A DNA stretch of 53,976 nucleotides, the filler included, from Basidioascus undulatus (lineage: Eukaryota): assembly GCA_000826855.1 (NCBI GenBank). It is 3 parts of 3 records of this genome, joined end to end, with 100 filler letters (N's around TTAATTAATTAA, not from the genome) between each part and the next. Parts side by side here need not be neighbours in the genome. Positions count along the whole stretch, not along the records: positions 36,064 to 53,976 come from JTLS01000501.1; 2 more parts are not named here. One strand, 5' to 3'. Under the pieces are notes generated by a model. It did no database searches. It saw nothing but the letters and a program-made list of their open reading frames with translations, and was not told where the DNA came from. This document shows positions 40,989-53,213 of this stretch, piece after piece; position 1 is the stretch's first letter, and each line of letters begins with the position of its first letter. The position numbers were made by a program, and so were the translations under genes.

Positions 40989-42941
40989 ATGGCCTCTACA
41001 CACCTTCCTGTGAGTTTAGGAGCTCTTTTCGACGCGTCTGAGTCTGGATGGCCGCTTGGTTTCGGTATATTGGCTGGGAGATTGCATTTAACGCGGAGGG
41101 GCGCGACGAAGTCCCGCCACGGTCCGCGTCGCCCTGACCGCGTTTGTTCCAACTTCGAGCATCTTACAACTTCGACGCGTGTTGTGCACCCTGCTTCTTC
41201 TTTTTCATATTTACTCATAGCTTCCATCATTTCCGTTTCACAGACCCGCCGCGTAACTCGGACGCGTAACCTCAACGAGAACACCGTCTCCACGCGCGTC
41301 ACCACCCGCTCCAAGGACACCGCCACCTCTGCTGCCCCCACAGCGCACACCACTAAGTCCGCGATGGCCAACGCTACCGCTGCCGGACCGTCCAAAAAGA
41401 TCGCTGTCGCCGTCGACGCCGACGCGCCCCCCGCGGGCGACAACAAGCGGAAGCGCAACGCGCTCAACGACCTCACCAAGACGCACGCCAACAACGACAA
41501 GACCCGCCGCGGCGCCGTCCCCGCCGACAAGGACGTCAAGCCCAAGAAGCCGCTCGCGGGCGCGTCGTCGAGCAAGGTCGCCGTCGCGCAGGACGACGCG
41601 CCCCAACCGCGTCGGCGGTCGCTCAGGACGGCAGGCAAGGTCAAGATCGAGGAGGAGCCCGCCGCGCCGGCGCCGGCGGTGACGCGTCCGCTCAAGACGC
41701 GCACAAAGACGGCCGCTGGCGCGATCAAGAAGACGACCGCGGCCACACGGCGCGTCGTCAAGGTTGAGACGTTCGAGGACGAGCTCGCGCCGGAACCCAA
41801 GCGCCAGCGGACGTCATCGCCCGGCGTCGAGGAGGAGGTCAAGCGCGAGGCGGAGCGGTTGGAGACGAAGGAGGAGGCGCGGCGGGCCAAGGCCCAGCCG
41901 GCCAAGGACGAGGGGTGGGAGGACCTGGACGCCGAGGACGAGGGCGATCCGCTCATGGTCAGCGAGTACGTCGTCGAGATCTTCGAGTACATGAAGGCGC
42001 TCGAGGTGCGTTGCCTTTTCCTTCTCGTGTTTTGTGTCGCGATGCGGGCGCAGGTGCTGAGAGGGATTGCTTTGGGGCTCTAGGCGCAGACGATGCCGAA
42101 CCCAGATTACATGTCGACGCAGAAGGAGCTGCGGTGGAAGATGCGCGGCGTGCTCGTCGACTGGCTCATCGAGGTCCACCACAAGTTCCGCCTTCTCCCC
42201 GAGACGCTCTTCCTCGCGATCAACATCGTCGACCGCTTCCTCTCGCTGCGCATCGTCAGCGTCGTCAAGCTCCAGCTCGTCGGCCTCACCGCGATGTTCG
42301 TCGCGGCCAAGTACGAGGAGGTCATGTGCCCCTCCGTCGCCAACTTCCTCTTCATGGCCGACGGCGGCTACACCGAGCAGGAGATCCTGAAGGCCGAGGC
42401 CTACGTTCTTCAGGTCCTCGGCTTCGACATGTCGTACCCGAACCCCATCCACTTCCTCCGCCGCGTCAGCAAAGCCGACGAGTACGACATCGAGACGCGC
42501 ACGCTCGCCAAGTACTTCATGGAGATCTCCTGCGTCGACGAGCGCCTCCTCTCGTCCACACCGAGCGTCATCGCCGCCGCTGGCGTCTACCTCGCGCGCA
42601 TGGTTCTCGAGCGTGGCGAATGGGTACGTCGATCCATCCTCTCGTCCCCTTCCAGGTCGACGACCGGCAACTGACCTCGCTTGCCGGTGCTTCAGAATCC
42701 CAACCTCGTCCACTACTCCGGCTTCTCCGTCGCGGAGCTCCTTCCCACCGCGCAGATCATGCTCGACTATGTCCTCTCCAAGGAGATCCGCCACGAGTCC
42801 TTCCACAAGAAGTACGCGTCCAAAAAGTTCCTCAAGGCGTCCGTCTTCGTCCGCGACTGGGCCATGGGCCGCTGGGGCGCTGGCGCTCCGGTCGACCTCT
42901 CCGCCGAGGTCGGCGTCGACCCCGTCGTCGCGCAATGGTAG
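40989..42941 (+). CDS. G2/mitotic B-type cyclin (exons 40989-41009, 41244-42005, 42084-42623, 42697-42941)
   Basis: D-box RNALNDLTK, WEDLDAEDEGDPLMVSEYVVEIFEYM, cyclin box MRGVLVDWLIEVHHKFRLLPETLFLAINIVDRFLS, AAKYEE, FLRRVSKADEYD and KKYASKKFLKAS. Confidence 0.96.
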
Positions 42942-43452
42942 TCGATCGTCGGGCCGTCGGTCGTCCATGGACACTTGCCTTGTTTCCTCCCCGACCTCCA
43001 TCGCCTCCGTTTGCCGCTTCCACCCCTCTTCCTTCACATTGCATTGGACACACAATCGAATGATACCCCACTCGCCTCAATTATGACGATCTCCCCTTCC
43101 CCCTCCTCGTTCTTGACACCCACCGCCTCATGCTCTCATGTCTTCCCCACCGTGTCGTTACAGCTGCTTTATCACCCGTGTACATTCAGATCAGATCCCC
43201 CCTTCTTGTTGATTATTCCCGCCGCCATCGTTTTTTACCCTTTCTCTCCTCATCGTTCCCCCCACACTTCGCGTTGCGATCTCGTGCATTTGCTTTGTCG
43301 GCCTTCACGCTGCATGTCTACGACTCTGCTACCCTATGTCGTACGTAGGACCCCGATGCATTCTCTATGACGGATCACACGTGTGCGCTTGCCGAATCGG
43401 GTCAGATCCACAATCAATCCTCATCAATCCTCGCCCCGAGCTTCCTTCCCGC

Positions 43453-45438
43453 CTATACCTCTTCCTTCCCTCTTGGCGCCTCCCAGTCCCTCCGCTGCAT
43501 CACCCAGATCTTCTCCGCCCGCCTGACCCGCGGGACCCTCAGCCCTTTCCACCGCCCATCAAGCTCGACCCCGCCGAACGCGCGCACTCCAGCGACCGTC
43601 TCGAACGCGCCCTCGTGCGCCGCAGGGTCCGCGGTGAGCAGGTGGCTGAAGCGGCGCACGTACTCCGTGGGATCCACGATCGACTCGTCTTTGTCGTACG
43701 CCCACGAGTCGTGCAGCTGCCCGAAGCGCGAGACGCCCGTCATCGCGGAGGGGACGTCGATGTGGACGGAGACTGTGGGCGGGTGCGGTAAGGGTGAGCG
43801 CGCGCGGGGGGACGGCTGGGGTGAGATACAGACGCACCGTTCGCGGATGGGGGATGCATGTTGTGCAGGGTGGAGAGCGCTGCGCCGCCCGGGTAGTTGT
43901 GGATGGAGACGAATGTGAGGAAGGAGGAGATGAGGACGTTGAGGAGCAGAGCGCCGACGAGGCCGAGCGCGGCGAGTCGGTAGAGGAGCGACTTGGCTCG
44001 GCGACGCCAGCTTTAATATACGAAGCGATCTCCTGCGTCAGCATGAACATCCGGACGGCGAGGAAGAGAGAGTAACGCACATCCAGCTCGCGCCCACCGC
44101 CGCGACGCCGTTCCAGACTGGAACGACGTACACGATGAAGCGCCACTCCTTGTGCGGGAGCGCGCTGAACAGCACCACGAACGCTGCTGGCGCGGCGAGG
44201 AGGCGCGGCGTGGGAGGGGAGACGGCGAGGGCGAAAAGCGAGAGGGGGAGGGAAGCGAGGAGCAGCTTGGGGATGTGGGAGGTGAAGTAGGCGTGGAAGG
44301 GAGAGACCTGTGATAGAGCGTATCGCAGGTACTGGTCAGTTGGTAATGCGGTGAAACAGTGAAGGGGAAAGGCTTACACCCCACTCGGCCGACTTGCCCT
44401 GGTACACGTTGTACAGGATCGCAGAGAGCTCCGGCCACAAGGGCGTCGGGTGCCGCCAGAAGTAGGTGTCAACGCCCACGGTCAATGCTGAAGAACGGGG
44501 TCGGGTCAGTCGTTCAGCGAAATCTCTGTGCATGCGAGGGGACTACACATGCCTAGGGAAGCAACACCGCTCGCCACACCCGGGACAAATCCCTCGAGAA
44601 CGTCTAGCCGCCGCTCGAGGAGGGCCTGCAGGCCGAGCGGGCCCAGGAGAAGAACGAGCTCGAGCCGGCAGACGGTCGCAGCTGCGGTGAGCAAAGCAAG
44701 TCCGGCCAGCACGCGCTTTTCGGACCCTCGCGAAGTCTTGGCTGGCTTTGACGGGGGAAGAAGCATGAACGCCAAGGCGAGATTGACTGTGTCGTGAGAA
44801 CGCTGTCAGCCGAGCTTCCTGGGTGTGGGAAGACAAGGCGGACAGAAGACGTACCTGGAAGGAGTGCGAGCATGTTTGGGAGAGTCCGACCCATCCAGAA
44901 AGGGAGATGGAACTGAGTAACGCTCAGGAGCGCGAAAAGGACACCGACATCTCGCCCGAAGGACCGCGAGAAGGCCGAGCGGATGGCCAGGAGACCGAGG
45001 GAGTTGATGAAGGCTAGCACGAGACGACCTGGAGGTTTGAAAGATGAGTGATTTGACTTAGATGTATAGAGATGATGTGAGTTACATAGGACCTGGAGAT
45101 CGAACTTTGATCGAAGGGGGAGTAAGAGCGAGATGGGGTAGGCGATGGCAGAGAGCACCAGGCTCCCGACGAAGCTGCGCGGGACCACGCCAGGAAACTT
45201 GAGATGGTCGAACTGTTCCCTCAAAAAGCTCATCAGTCCATTACCTCAAGGGGTATCGACGATCAGTGAGTAGTCTGACATGCTCTTGTCCCGCGGGTCC
45301 GAATCGAAGCAGGTCATGCGTCGCTTGCAAGTTGAAGGACTCTTCGACCTTGGTGTAAGGCGCGAGGAGAACGTGAAGCAGTGGAACGAGTATAAGTATG
45401 AGTGTTGTTAGCGAGTATGAGAGCGATGAAAAGCCCAT
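43453..45438 (-). CDS. ALG12: Dol-P-Man:Man7GlcNAc2-PP-Dol alpha-1,6-mannosyltransferase (GT22), multi-exon
   Basis: [101 protein letters not shown] and [16 protein letters not shown]. Confidence 0.95.
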
Positions 45439-45811
45439 GATGGACGTTGAGGACGAAACGCGACTGTCGCACCGCGTCGTGCTGTCCGGCTGGTCCGCGG
45501 ACTATAGACCTTGCACCGCCCACACCCAGCGTCTGCCACTACAGGTTGAAGGATTGACTTACATCGTCTTACACCAGGGGGTTTCGCGCACAGAAAAATA
45601 AAGGGTGAATGCCATATTCTAGCTCCATGATTCCTAGCGGAGGGATTCATACATTATGTGACTCAGAAGGACTTTAGTACTGGTCAAACAGCACCTCGTG
45701 ACCGAATTTTGTGCATCAACAAGGCAGGATTGGACCGTGACAGTGCACGTTGGACTTCATGGAACTTATATCCTGATGTAATCGAGGCAGGTACCTGCGG
45801 TTATCTCGCAG

Positions 45812-46182
45812 TCAAGGACAGATGCAACATTTGATGGTGTACGAACCCATGCAGCGTCTCTCCTCAATCGGTGTCCCTCCCCCCCAATCCGCGTATCGCA
45901 TCAATGCAAGGTCCCTTTCAACCAGACATAAAGCTTCCGGCCATATACGCCCCCTCCAGTGCATTACGATGTCCGCGTGGCTCCATGAGCGAATGAAGCG
46001 AAACGCAAGGCCTCCGAGAACAAGCCCGAGAAACACGAGACGAGACCGGTTTCGTCGCCCGGTTTTTTAGGCCCCTTGGCGACTAGGCGTGCGTATGTCT
46101 GCCGCCCGACGACGCTTAAGAACGCAGCCGTAAAGCAGATGACTGCGAAGACGCGCAGAGCAGTCTCGTCCTCGGACATCAT
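45812..46182 (-). pseudogene. Unidentified small membrane-protein pseudogene (copy B)
   Basis: EDETALRVFAVICFTAAFLSVV...KKPGDETGLV, then a frameshift to FLGLVLGGLAFRFIRSWSHADIVM...MRYADW...CMGS. Aligns with 47290-47641. Confidence 0.5.
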
Positions 46183-47289
46183 CGTGACGGCTTAAGAGTG
46201 GACGTTCTGGAGGTTAATCATGAACAGATCGATTAGGACCACCCAATTTGGTTGAAAGAATCGAGGATACGGACCAAGGATTGGAAGGTCAACACGGTCG
46301 TGGTGGCAGTGAGGACGCATCAAGCTATGGCGCGGACGGGCTGGAGCGAGAGGCAGAAGACGCAACCATTGAGCGTCAGTTACGTCCTCAACAAGGTATC
46401 GTATCGTTTTGGCTGAATATACCGTTATGAAATGAGCCAAAGGCTTGTCTCGACTTTGATGATGATGGTCCGAGGTTAACATGCAAGCGGGCAGAGCGCA
46501 AGGCACAAAGAAAGCATACATAGGTAATCATAGGTACAGTGCTGGGACACCAACTCACATTTACTTCTTCAACAATCAATCCAAGTCTCGCCCTTGAAGG
46601 AAGAGATCATCGCCTTTGGAGTGGATGAGCTTGCTATGTTGATATGCCGACGGACAGTTGACGCCGCTGGGTCGTGCGAGAAGGGCCAGCGCAGAATCAT
46701 AAGAAGTGAGTAGCAGGCTGGAGCGTCAGTTTCCCAGTTCGGGTGACTACGAAGCCCTAGAAACATATGAGTTTGTAAAGTGGGCAGGTATAGCATGAAC
46801 CTTGTAAAGCTGGCAGAGAGATCGCGGCTGTGAGCGTGCAAGCCTGTGGCACTGTGCACGAACACGAAAAGTCGTCGGTTGGGCGTGTTTTCACTTTCTT
46901 CCGGTTGCAAGAAGAACACCTTTCTTACCACAGTGATAGCCCTTTGGCAGAAATACCTCTATTCAGGTTTTTGAAACTTCGACAGGGTCTACCCATGGAC
47001 AAGGCACTATGAGATGCAGCACTCTTGAGGAAGAGGACATGTGGAAACGCCGGAAGACTTGCCTTTTCAGGCATAAAGCGATTTTTTTTACGAACCAAGT
47101 GTAAATGTTGGAGTTGGGGAAAGGGTATTTCGAATCCAGGGAAACCCAAAAGCTGGCAGCAGAGGCACTGTCTCCGAGCTGTGCACCCCGCAGAGGCTGC
47201 GCCGTTACAGCTTTCCAGATGAGCACCTGCACTCGCTCTAAGCGGGTGAATCTACCACGCCGTGCACTCGTAACACTTACCTAGAATAC

Positions 47290-47641
47290 CAGCCCATTGA
47301 ATGGCAACCCACGTCGATCCCATGCAACTCTCATCAATTCGCATCTCCTATCCAGCGTATTACATGAAGAACCGACTTATGTAGATGCTCCAAATCACAT
47401 ATCCCACCTCCAACGCCATTACTATGTCCACATGCGTCGAGGTGCCCACGAAGCGGAGCGCAAGGCCACCAAGAATGAGTGCAAGAAACAGAACGACGTT
47501 GGTTGCGGCAAAGCCTGGATCATTGAATCGTTTTGAGACAGCGAAGTATGTGAAGGCTTGAAGCCAAAGAATTCTCATAATGGCCAGTGTGAACAATGAT
47601 GTCGCCGCCATCCTCAGAGAGATCTCGTTCTCGAGCAGCAC
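47290..47641 (-). pseudogene. Unidentified small membrane-protein pseudogene (copy A)
   Basis: ENEISLRMAATSLFTLAIMRIL...NDPGFAATNVVLFLALILGGLALRFVGTSTHVDIVM...M*YAG*E...CMGS, with two in-frame stops. Confidence 0.5.
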
Positions 47642-47858
47642 CGCAGCCGCGACGGTCGTCCCAGCCTGACGTTGAAGCGTTGGAGCGGTATAAACTGTAC
47701 CCAGCTGTGATTTACCATAAAAGTGTGCAGCTCTTACAGCTTTGGAAACACAGTGGATAAGTACAATCAGCTGAACATTGTATTTTCATGCCGAAAGAGA
47801 CCCCACCATATGTCCTCCCCGATGTGCCCGCCCTTGCCTCTCTCCCAATCCAACGCGC

Positions 47859-49080
47859 TACATGCCCCACATTTTCACCAGGCGAACCATGCGCATGCCG
47901 TTACCCGCCGCATCAGTTAACCCGATCCCCACCTTCTCAAGCTCGACGCTCATCCTGAATGCCAAAAATCCGTCATCCCGCATGTACTCCTAGGTGAAGA
48001 TGCCAGGCTTCGAGGGGTGCAGGAAGCTGATCACTTCGAAGCTCCCTGTGTTCTCAGCAGCTATGGGCTTGAGAAGCCCTTCTATTCTACTCCGACGGGC
48101 GTAGGAAGTATCCTCGAAGTGCAAGTGCAAGACCTCGAGCGTGGGCGGGCGCGAGGCGGCAAAATAAGTCTCTTCTGAAATCCCCGAAGAAAGATTTAGG
48201 AGGAGATGCCGGGCGGTTGAGCAAAGATCAAGTACACACGACAGAGATGCCGCGGACTGGGATGAATGAATCCCAAGCCGACTGCGCGTTCTGGACGGGT
48301 GAGAAAGTCGCGCAAGTCCCGCGATATACTGCGTGGAATGGCCAAGTGAAGAGAAGACAGTGCATGGAAGGTGCATTGCGAGAGCCATTCACCACCGCAC
48401 AGCTCTGTAAGAGCGCCCTTGAGCTGAAGCTCCACGAGATAACTACAGGAGTGCGATTGTGGGCGTCTTCGCCTTCCCCACACGACTGAGGCCAAGGAAA
48501 CCCTTCAGGCGGCCGAGTGCTGCCAGAGCAAGCTCAGTCTGACTCTGCAGATCGATGTGAATGGGAAGGCATGAGAGGCTCAAGCAGACGTTCCGCGTGA
48601 GTGTATCCAACACTCTGAGTTCTACACGACAACCTCGAGATCCGGGCGTGGGGCTTTCAGTTGACCGGTGAGGTGTGGACTGACAGATACAAGAGCCGTG
48701 TCGTCGAGGGATTCTGACGGCACTTGACCAAGCTCTTGGTTGATGTGAACGCAAAGGTTCCGAACATGGGGCCCGACTGGGTAGCCACGGTTTTCTGAGC
48801 TGATAAGAACCTCGTACAGACGGTCGAGCGAGGGCAATGGCTCAAGCATGACCGTCTCAAACATATAGGGCCGAGCGATAGCCTGAAGGAGAGATGGTTG
48901 CTCTCTCGGAATAGATTTTTCACGGGAGCTGCACAATGACAGACTTACGGAAAAGTCGGTGCACACCAGTGGAAGGGCGCGTCGCGTTGTCTCCGCTTCC
49001 GCCGTGGCGCCGACGGTGGCCATCGAGCAGATGCGAGCTATGAGTTCTAATACAAGCCGGCCAAAGGGACTGGCTCCATT
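47859..49080 (-). pseudogene. F-box/leucine-rich-repeat protein pseudogene (copy 3)
   Basis: PFGRLVLELIARICSMA...TRRALPLVCTDFS, an intron, then AIARPYMFETVML...VGPHVRNLCV. LRR pieces LSSLHL and PPTLEVLHL. Stops at 48622 and 47990, plus frameshifts. Confidence 0.72.
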
Positions 49081-49624
49081 TCTCGTGAGCTCGAGATTGT
49101 GACTGGTTTGAGTGACAGGGTGCGTTGAGTGCGTGCGAGAAAGGCAAGAGAGGACGGCATGCCCGCGGCCCCACGTCCCGCCCTATTCCGCCCCGTGCGG
49201 TCGACTCCGCCATTCCTAAGTTCTCGCACATAGAATTGAGAGCACAAGATCATCCGCGAAAGCGCACCCTTCGGTGAACGCAATGCCTTCAAACCCAACC
49301 CGACAAACATAAGGTCGAGGGCTCTTTGTATCCGACCCAGGTCCTTGTTCAGCCTCGACGCTCCCTAAAGGAATCTTTTCGGCCTCAAGGCAGTGGAAAA
49401 AATGGTTAAGGGAGATAGACTACCTTTCGTACTCGCTTTGGTTCGTTGTCCCACAGCGGCAGCACGCTCACGATCTCAGGATCGTCGTCTCCAAGTCCGC
49501 GAGCCTGGCAGAGGCTGCAAGTCTTTCAAATGTTGCACTCCTCCACAGGTATTCATCAAACCGGGAGGTGGAAATCCGACACAATGAGGAGGAGACTCGA
49601 GAAAAGAAATTCGACGAGGACGTG

Positions 49625-49644
49625 GTGTGTGCGTGTGTGTGTGT
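49625..49644 (+). repeat. Imperfect (GT)n microsatellite
   Basis: GTGTGTGCGTGTGTGTGTGT. Confidence 0.7.
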
Positions 49645-50100
49645 TGAAAGAGGAAACGAGGGCCTGGCTTATCCACTATATTACCCGACAAACGTACTGG
49701 AGGAAACTATACGTACAGTATCCCTAGCCTATTACACAGGTGCAATCGCGAGCGAGGCGCATTCGATGGCGAGAAGGGAGTCTTGAGTGTCAGTCACGCA
49801 CGCTCTCAAGAACCGTATACTTTCGTTAGACACAATAATGGTTTGTAGTTCTGAAAAAATGTAATGGCCTTTTCCGGTGCATTTCGACTGTGGCAGGTAG
49901 GAGGGGTCTAGGCGCGACAGGAAGCTCGACGACCTGTCACGCTGCCAATGCATTGAATGAGCCAGCCACAGTAAAGCTGGCCATCTTCGCGGTCGGTACT
50001 CCTCCACACCGGTTGACCGTTTGCTAGTACTTCAAAGGTTCCCAGATTTAAGCTTGCTTACCGCCCACTCCTCCCCTTACCGTCTTCGCCCTACAACGCT

Positions 50101-51560
50101 ATGTCCGAACCCGCGTGCAAAACCAGCACCGCCTGGGTTCCCTCCCCCTCGCACAAAGACAACTTTTCCTTCTTCACCAAGACGTGGGAGCACTCTTCCC
50201 TCCAGGCGCCAAGGGCAGTCGTACTATGCCATCTCGCTGTACCGCCCAGCCCCGAGGCTTCCAGCTGATCCTGCCGCCGGTTAACTACAGGCTTCACAGA
50301 ACACATCTCCCGGTACATTCAAGTTCCTCCTTCCTCCACAGGGCTTTTACAAAGACTGGCTTGTGTACTATGACGCTTAGATTCGACCATGTCTTCCCCT
50401 CTGGGCCGAGAAGGGCATTACTGTCTTCGGGGTACACGGTCGGGGTGCGTTTGCCCTCCCTCCCATCGCCTTCCCACCATTGCCTAGACGCTCATTCCCC
50501 GCTTTCACAGGATCGGCCGCGGAGCGCACGACCAGCCCTCCCCCGGGCGCTTCCTCCTGGGAGTGACCTCCTGGCCCCAGCAGTTCGGCGACATCGTCTT
50601 CTTCCTGTACCGGCTCGGGAGCGCGTACCCCAGACACCCCTGTTTCTTATGGGGAACAGCATGATCTGCCTCTCCCTCCCTCACTGCGTCTCCCCTCCCT
50701 CCATCTGACATCCCGACCTCGCTAAACGGGACCCCGGGCGGTGGACTCGTCCTCGGCCTCACAACGCACGACCCGCCGCTCGACCTGCCCCCCCCTAGCG
50801 GGCGTCATCGCGAGCTCGCCGCTCACAGAGGCTGTCACAGTGCCGCCCAATTTCGTGCTCCGCGTTGCGCGGAGTGTGGGGAAAAGTTGGAAGGGCGCGA
50901 GGATTCGGAATCTGGTTGATACGCTGGTGAGGGCGCCGGCAGCTCGCGCGATGAGAGGGGAGAGCTGACTGTGAGGCTTGGACACCTCCTTTTCGCGCGA
51001 TCAGGAGGTCGGGAAGAGGTATGATAAGGACCGGTTGTGCAAGCAGATCGGGACTGTGTGCGGTCCTTCCCAGCTCACAAGACATCCCATGGGCGCAGCC
51101 TGCTCACGTCTGGAATGCCTGCTGCTCCGCGGCGTAAGCGATATGATCCTGTCAGCCCTCTCCTTCCTCTCACCATCTACCCCACCCCGCACTCACCCCA
51201 ACCTCACTCCTCCCTTGCAGGCGCGGCCAATTCCTTCTCCGCCGCTCCCGCGCCAGCACCTACCCGCCCCGCCTCCCGCTCCTCCTCGTCCACGGCGACG
51301 CCGACCGACTCAACTCGTGCGCCGCGTCGGAAAAGTTTGTCGGGCTTGTGAAGGCGGGGATAAGACTTTCAAAAGCTACCCGGTGGGTGTGACTTTGTGT
51401 TTGTTGCACGGGTAGGAGTGAAGGCTGATGCGGTGGGGGAATTGGGGAAGAAAGCGACATTATCATGAGCTGTTCCAGGAGAGCGTGGAGGATAAGTTTA
51501 GGGTGGTGAGGGACGTGCTGGGGTGGATTGAGGAGCGACTTCCAAGCGGAGATGGTGAGG
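50101..51560 (+). pseudogene. Monoglyceride lipase/lysophospholipase (alpha/beta hydrolase, Yju3-like), probably pseudogene
   Basis: FFTKTW..PRAVV, GFTEHISR|FDHVF, PLFLMGNSM|GGLVL, LAGVIASSP, SRDQEV..YDKDRL, HGDAD, DKTFKSYP and YHELFQE. Frameshifts near 50630 and 50790; the expected donor after GNSM reads ATCTGC (50664). Confidence 0.75.
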
Positions 51561-52188
51561 AAGGGTCGACGGCTACGGGCGCTGGCCGGCAGTACGATGA
51601 GCGAGAAGGGGTTTATCTCGTGGTTTTCCTGCAAGGCATGAATAGGGGTGTAGCATGGCTGGTAGCACTGCGTGATGGCAGTCTTTTGCAGGCGCAGTGG
51701 GTCAAAAGAGGCATGAGGAGGGCGGAAAGCTTTGTGTCCGGATGCTCGCTTCGCGACGCTTGCACGGGCGAACGAGCGCACGGGCAGGCAAGCGGATGGG
51801 CAGAGTGAGACTTGAAGCGCGCGCGGTGAGGGTGAACAACGTGGTATAACAGACGCAAGCAAAAGACGCGAATGTGAACGTGTCGATTGTGCAGCACACG
51901 AGATTCGGTATAACTTCGTGTGCGAAAGCGACGGTCACACCTGGGAGGGTGGGGTGAGCGCCGGGTACCAGAAGGATGTAATTGCCAATCAAGCAGAGGC
52001 GAAGACGCCAATGGAGCTGCAGGATTTCGAAGACGATCGATGTGCCAAGGTGTCGGATGGGCGCGGCATCGAGCTAGGACGGCAAATCGAGGACGTTCGG
52101 TGTGATAAGACCTCCGATAGAGCACTCGTAGACGGCGACTGAAAGCAAAAGCGGTGTAGTCATTCGAAAGCTCTCCCATCCCGTCCAG

Positions 52189-53032
52189 CTAGGACGGCGC
52201 GGCAGCCTCCGCGGGTGCGCCCGTGTCCTCCGCCTTCTCCGGCTCGGCCTTTGGTCGCCTAAGCACCCAGTCCCGGAACGCCGCCTCCTCCGCAGCCTTT
52301 GCCTGCGCCTGCTCGGGCGTCTCCTCCGGCAGCGTGAGGGGAATCTGGGAAAGGGAGGGTGTTTAGCTTCGGCGGGAAAGGGAGGGGGAGAGGAGGGAAC
52401 GCACCATCGACCGGAACGTCGACTTCATCGAGCTGAACTTGCCTGGTAACGTGCTCTGGAGCATCGTTTGCAGCTCGGATACCTGTAACCCGGCGTCAGT
52501 GTACTGGAAAGGTGGGAATAGAGGGCGGACTGACCGAGCGGATATCAAGCCACCTCGCGAGCGCCCACCCGCCCACCAGCGTCCCAGTCCACACAATGCC
52601 CGTCGCGATTCCCAGCGCCTTGAAGCCGTCCCCCCAGCCAAAGCCTTGGCCTTCCCCCTCAGTGAGCTCCGGCTCGAGCGCAGCGGGCGCCGGCGCCTTG
52701 CCCTTTGCGACGGTCGATGTCGGTGCGGGTGCGGGTGCGGATATAGGTGCGGAGGTGGGAGCGGCTTCGGGGGAGGACTTGAGCGCGGAGGTGAGGACGG
52801 TGCTGGCTTGCTTGAGGGATTCTTTGCGCGCGCTGCGCTTGGTGTACACCCACGCGCCGACGAGGCCCGAGGTGAAGGCGAAGATGGAGAGCGCGGAGAT
52901 GGCGGCTATAGCATTGCGCGAGGGGGGCTCGGGGATGAGGGCGGTGGAGGATGAGGCGGAGGAGGGGGGTGGGGATGATGAGGATGATGTTGATTCCGAG
53001 GAGGATGTGGAAGATACTGGTGAGGCTGACAT
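52189..53032 (-). CDS. Two-TM membrane protein, TMEM242/Aim11-like, 3 exons
   Basis: TM1 AIAAISALSIFAFTSGLVGAWVY, then TKRSARK. TM2 GFKALGIATGIVWTGTLVGGWALARWLDIRS|VSEL matches the family layout. Clean GT-AG introns; family call from memory only. Confidence 0.65.
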
Positions 53033-53213
53033 TGTGCAATGGGCCAGTGCGGTGTCTGGCCAAGAGAGAAGACCCCGGCCTCGTGCTGACCGAGCGCCGC
53101 CAGTCCAAAATCTCGCGCCCATGCTTCCTGCTTGCTGCCTGCTCCCTGGCTGCCACTTTCAATTCTACCCTTCATCATCCTTCTTTCACCTCCCACATCT
53201 CCGCAGTCTCATA

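Noticed and set aside
40937..43063. Long antisense or alternate-frame ORFs over cyclin B (also over eEF1B-gamma, RPC2, the WD40 gene and BET2)
   Set aside because: Shadow ORFs expected from strong GC3 codon bias; no independent domain signatures.
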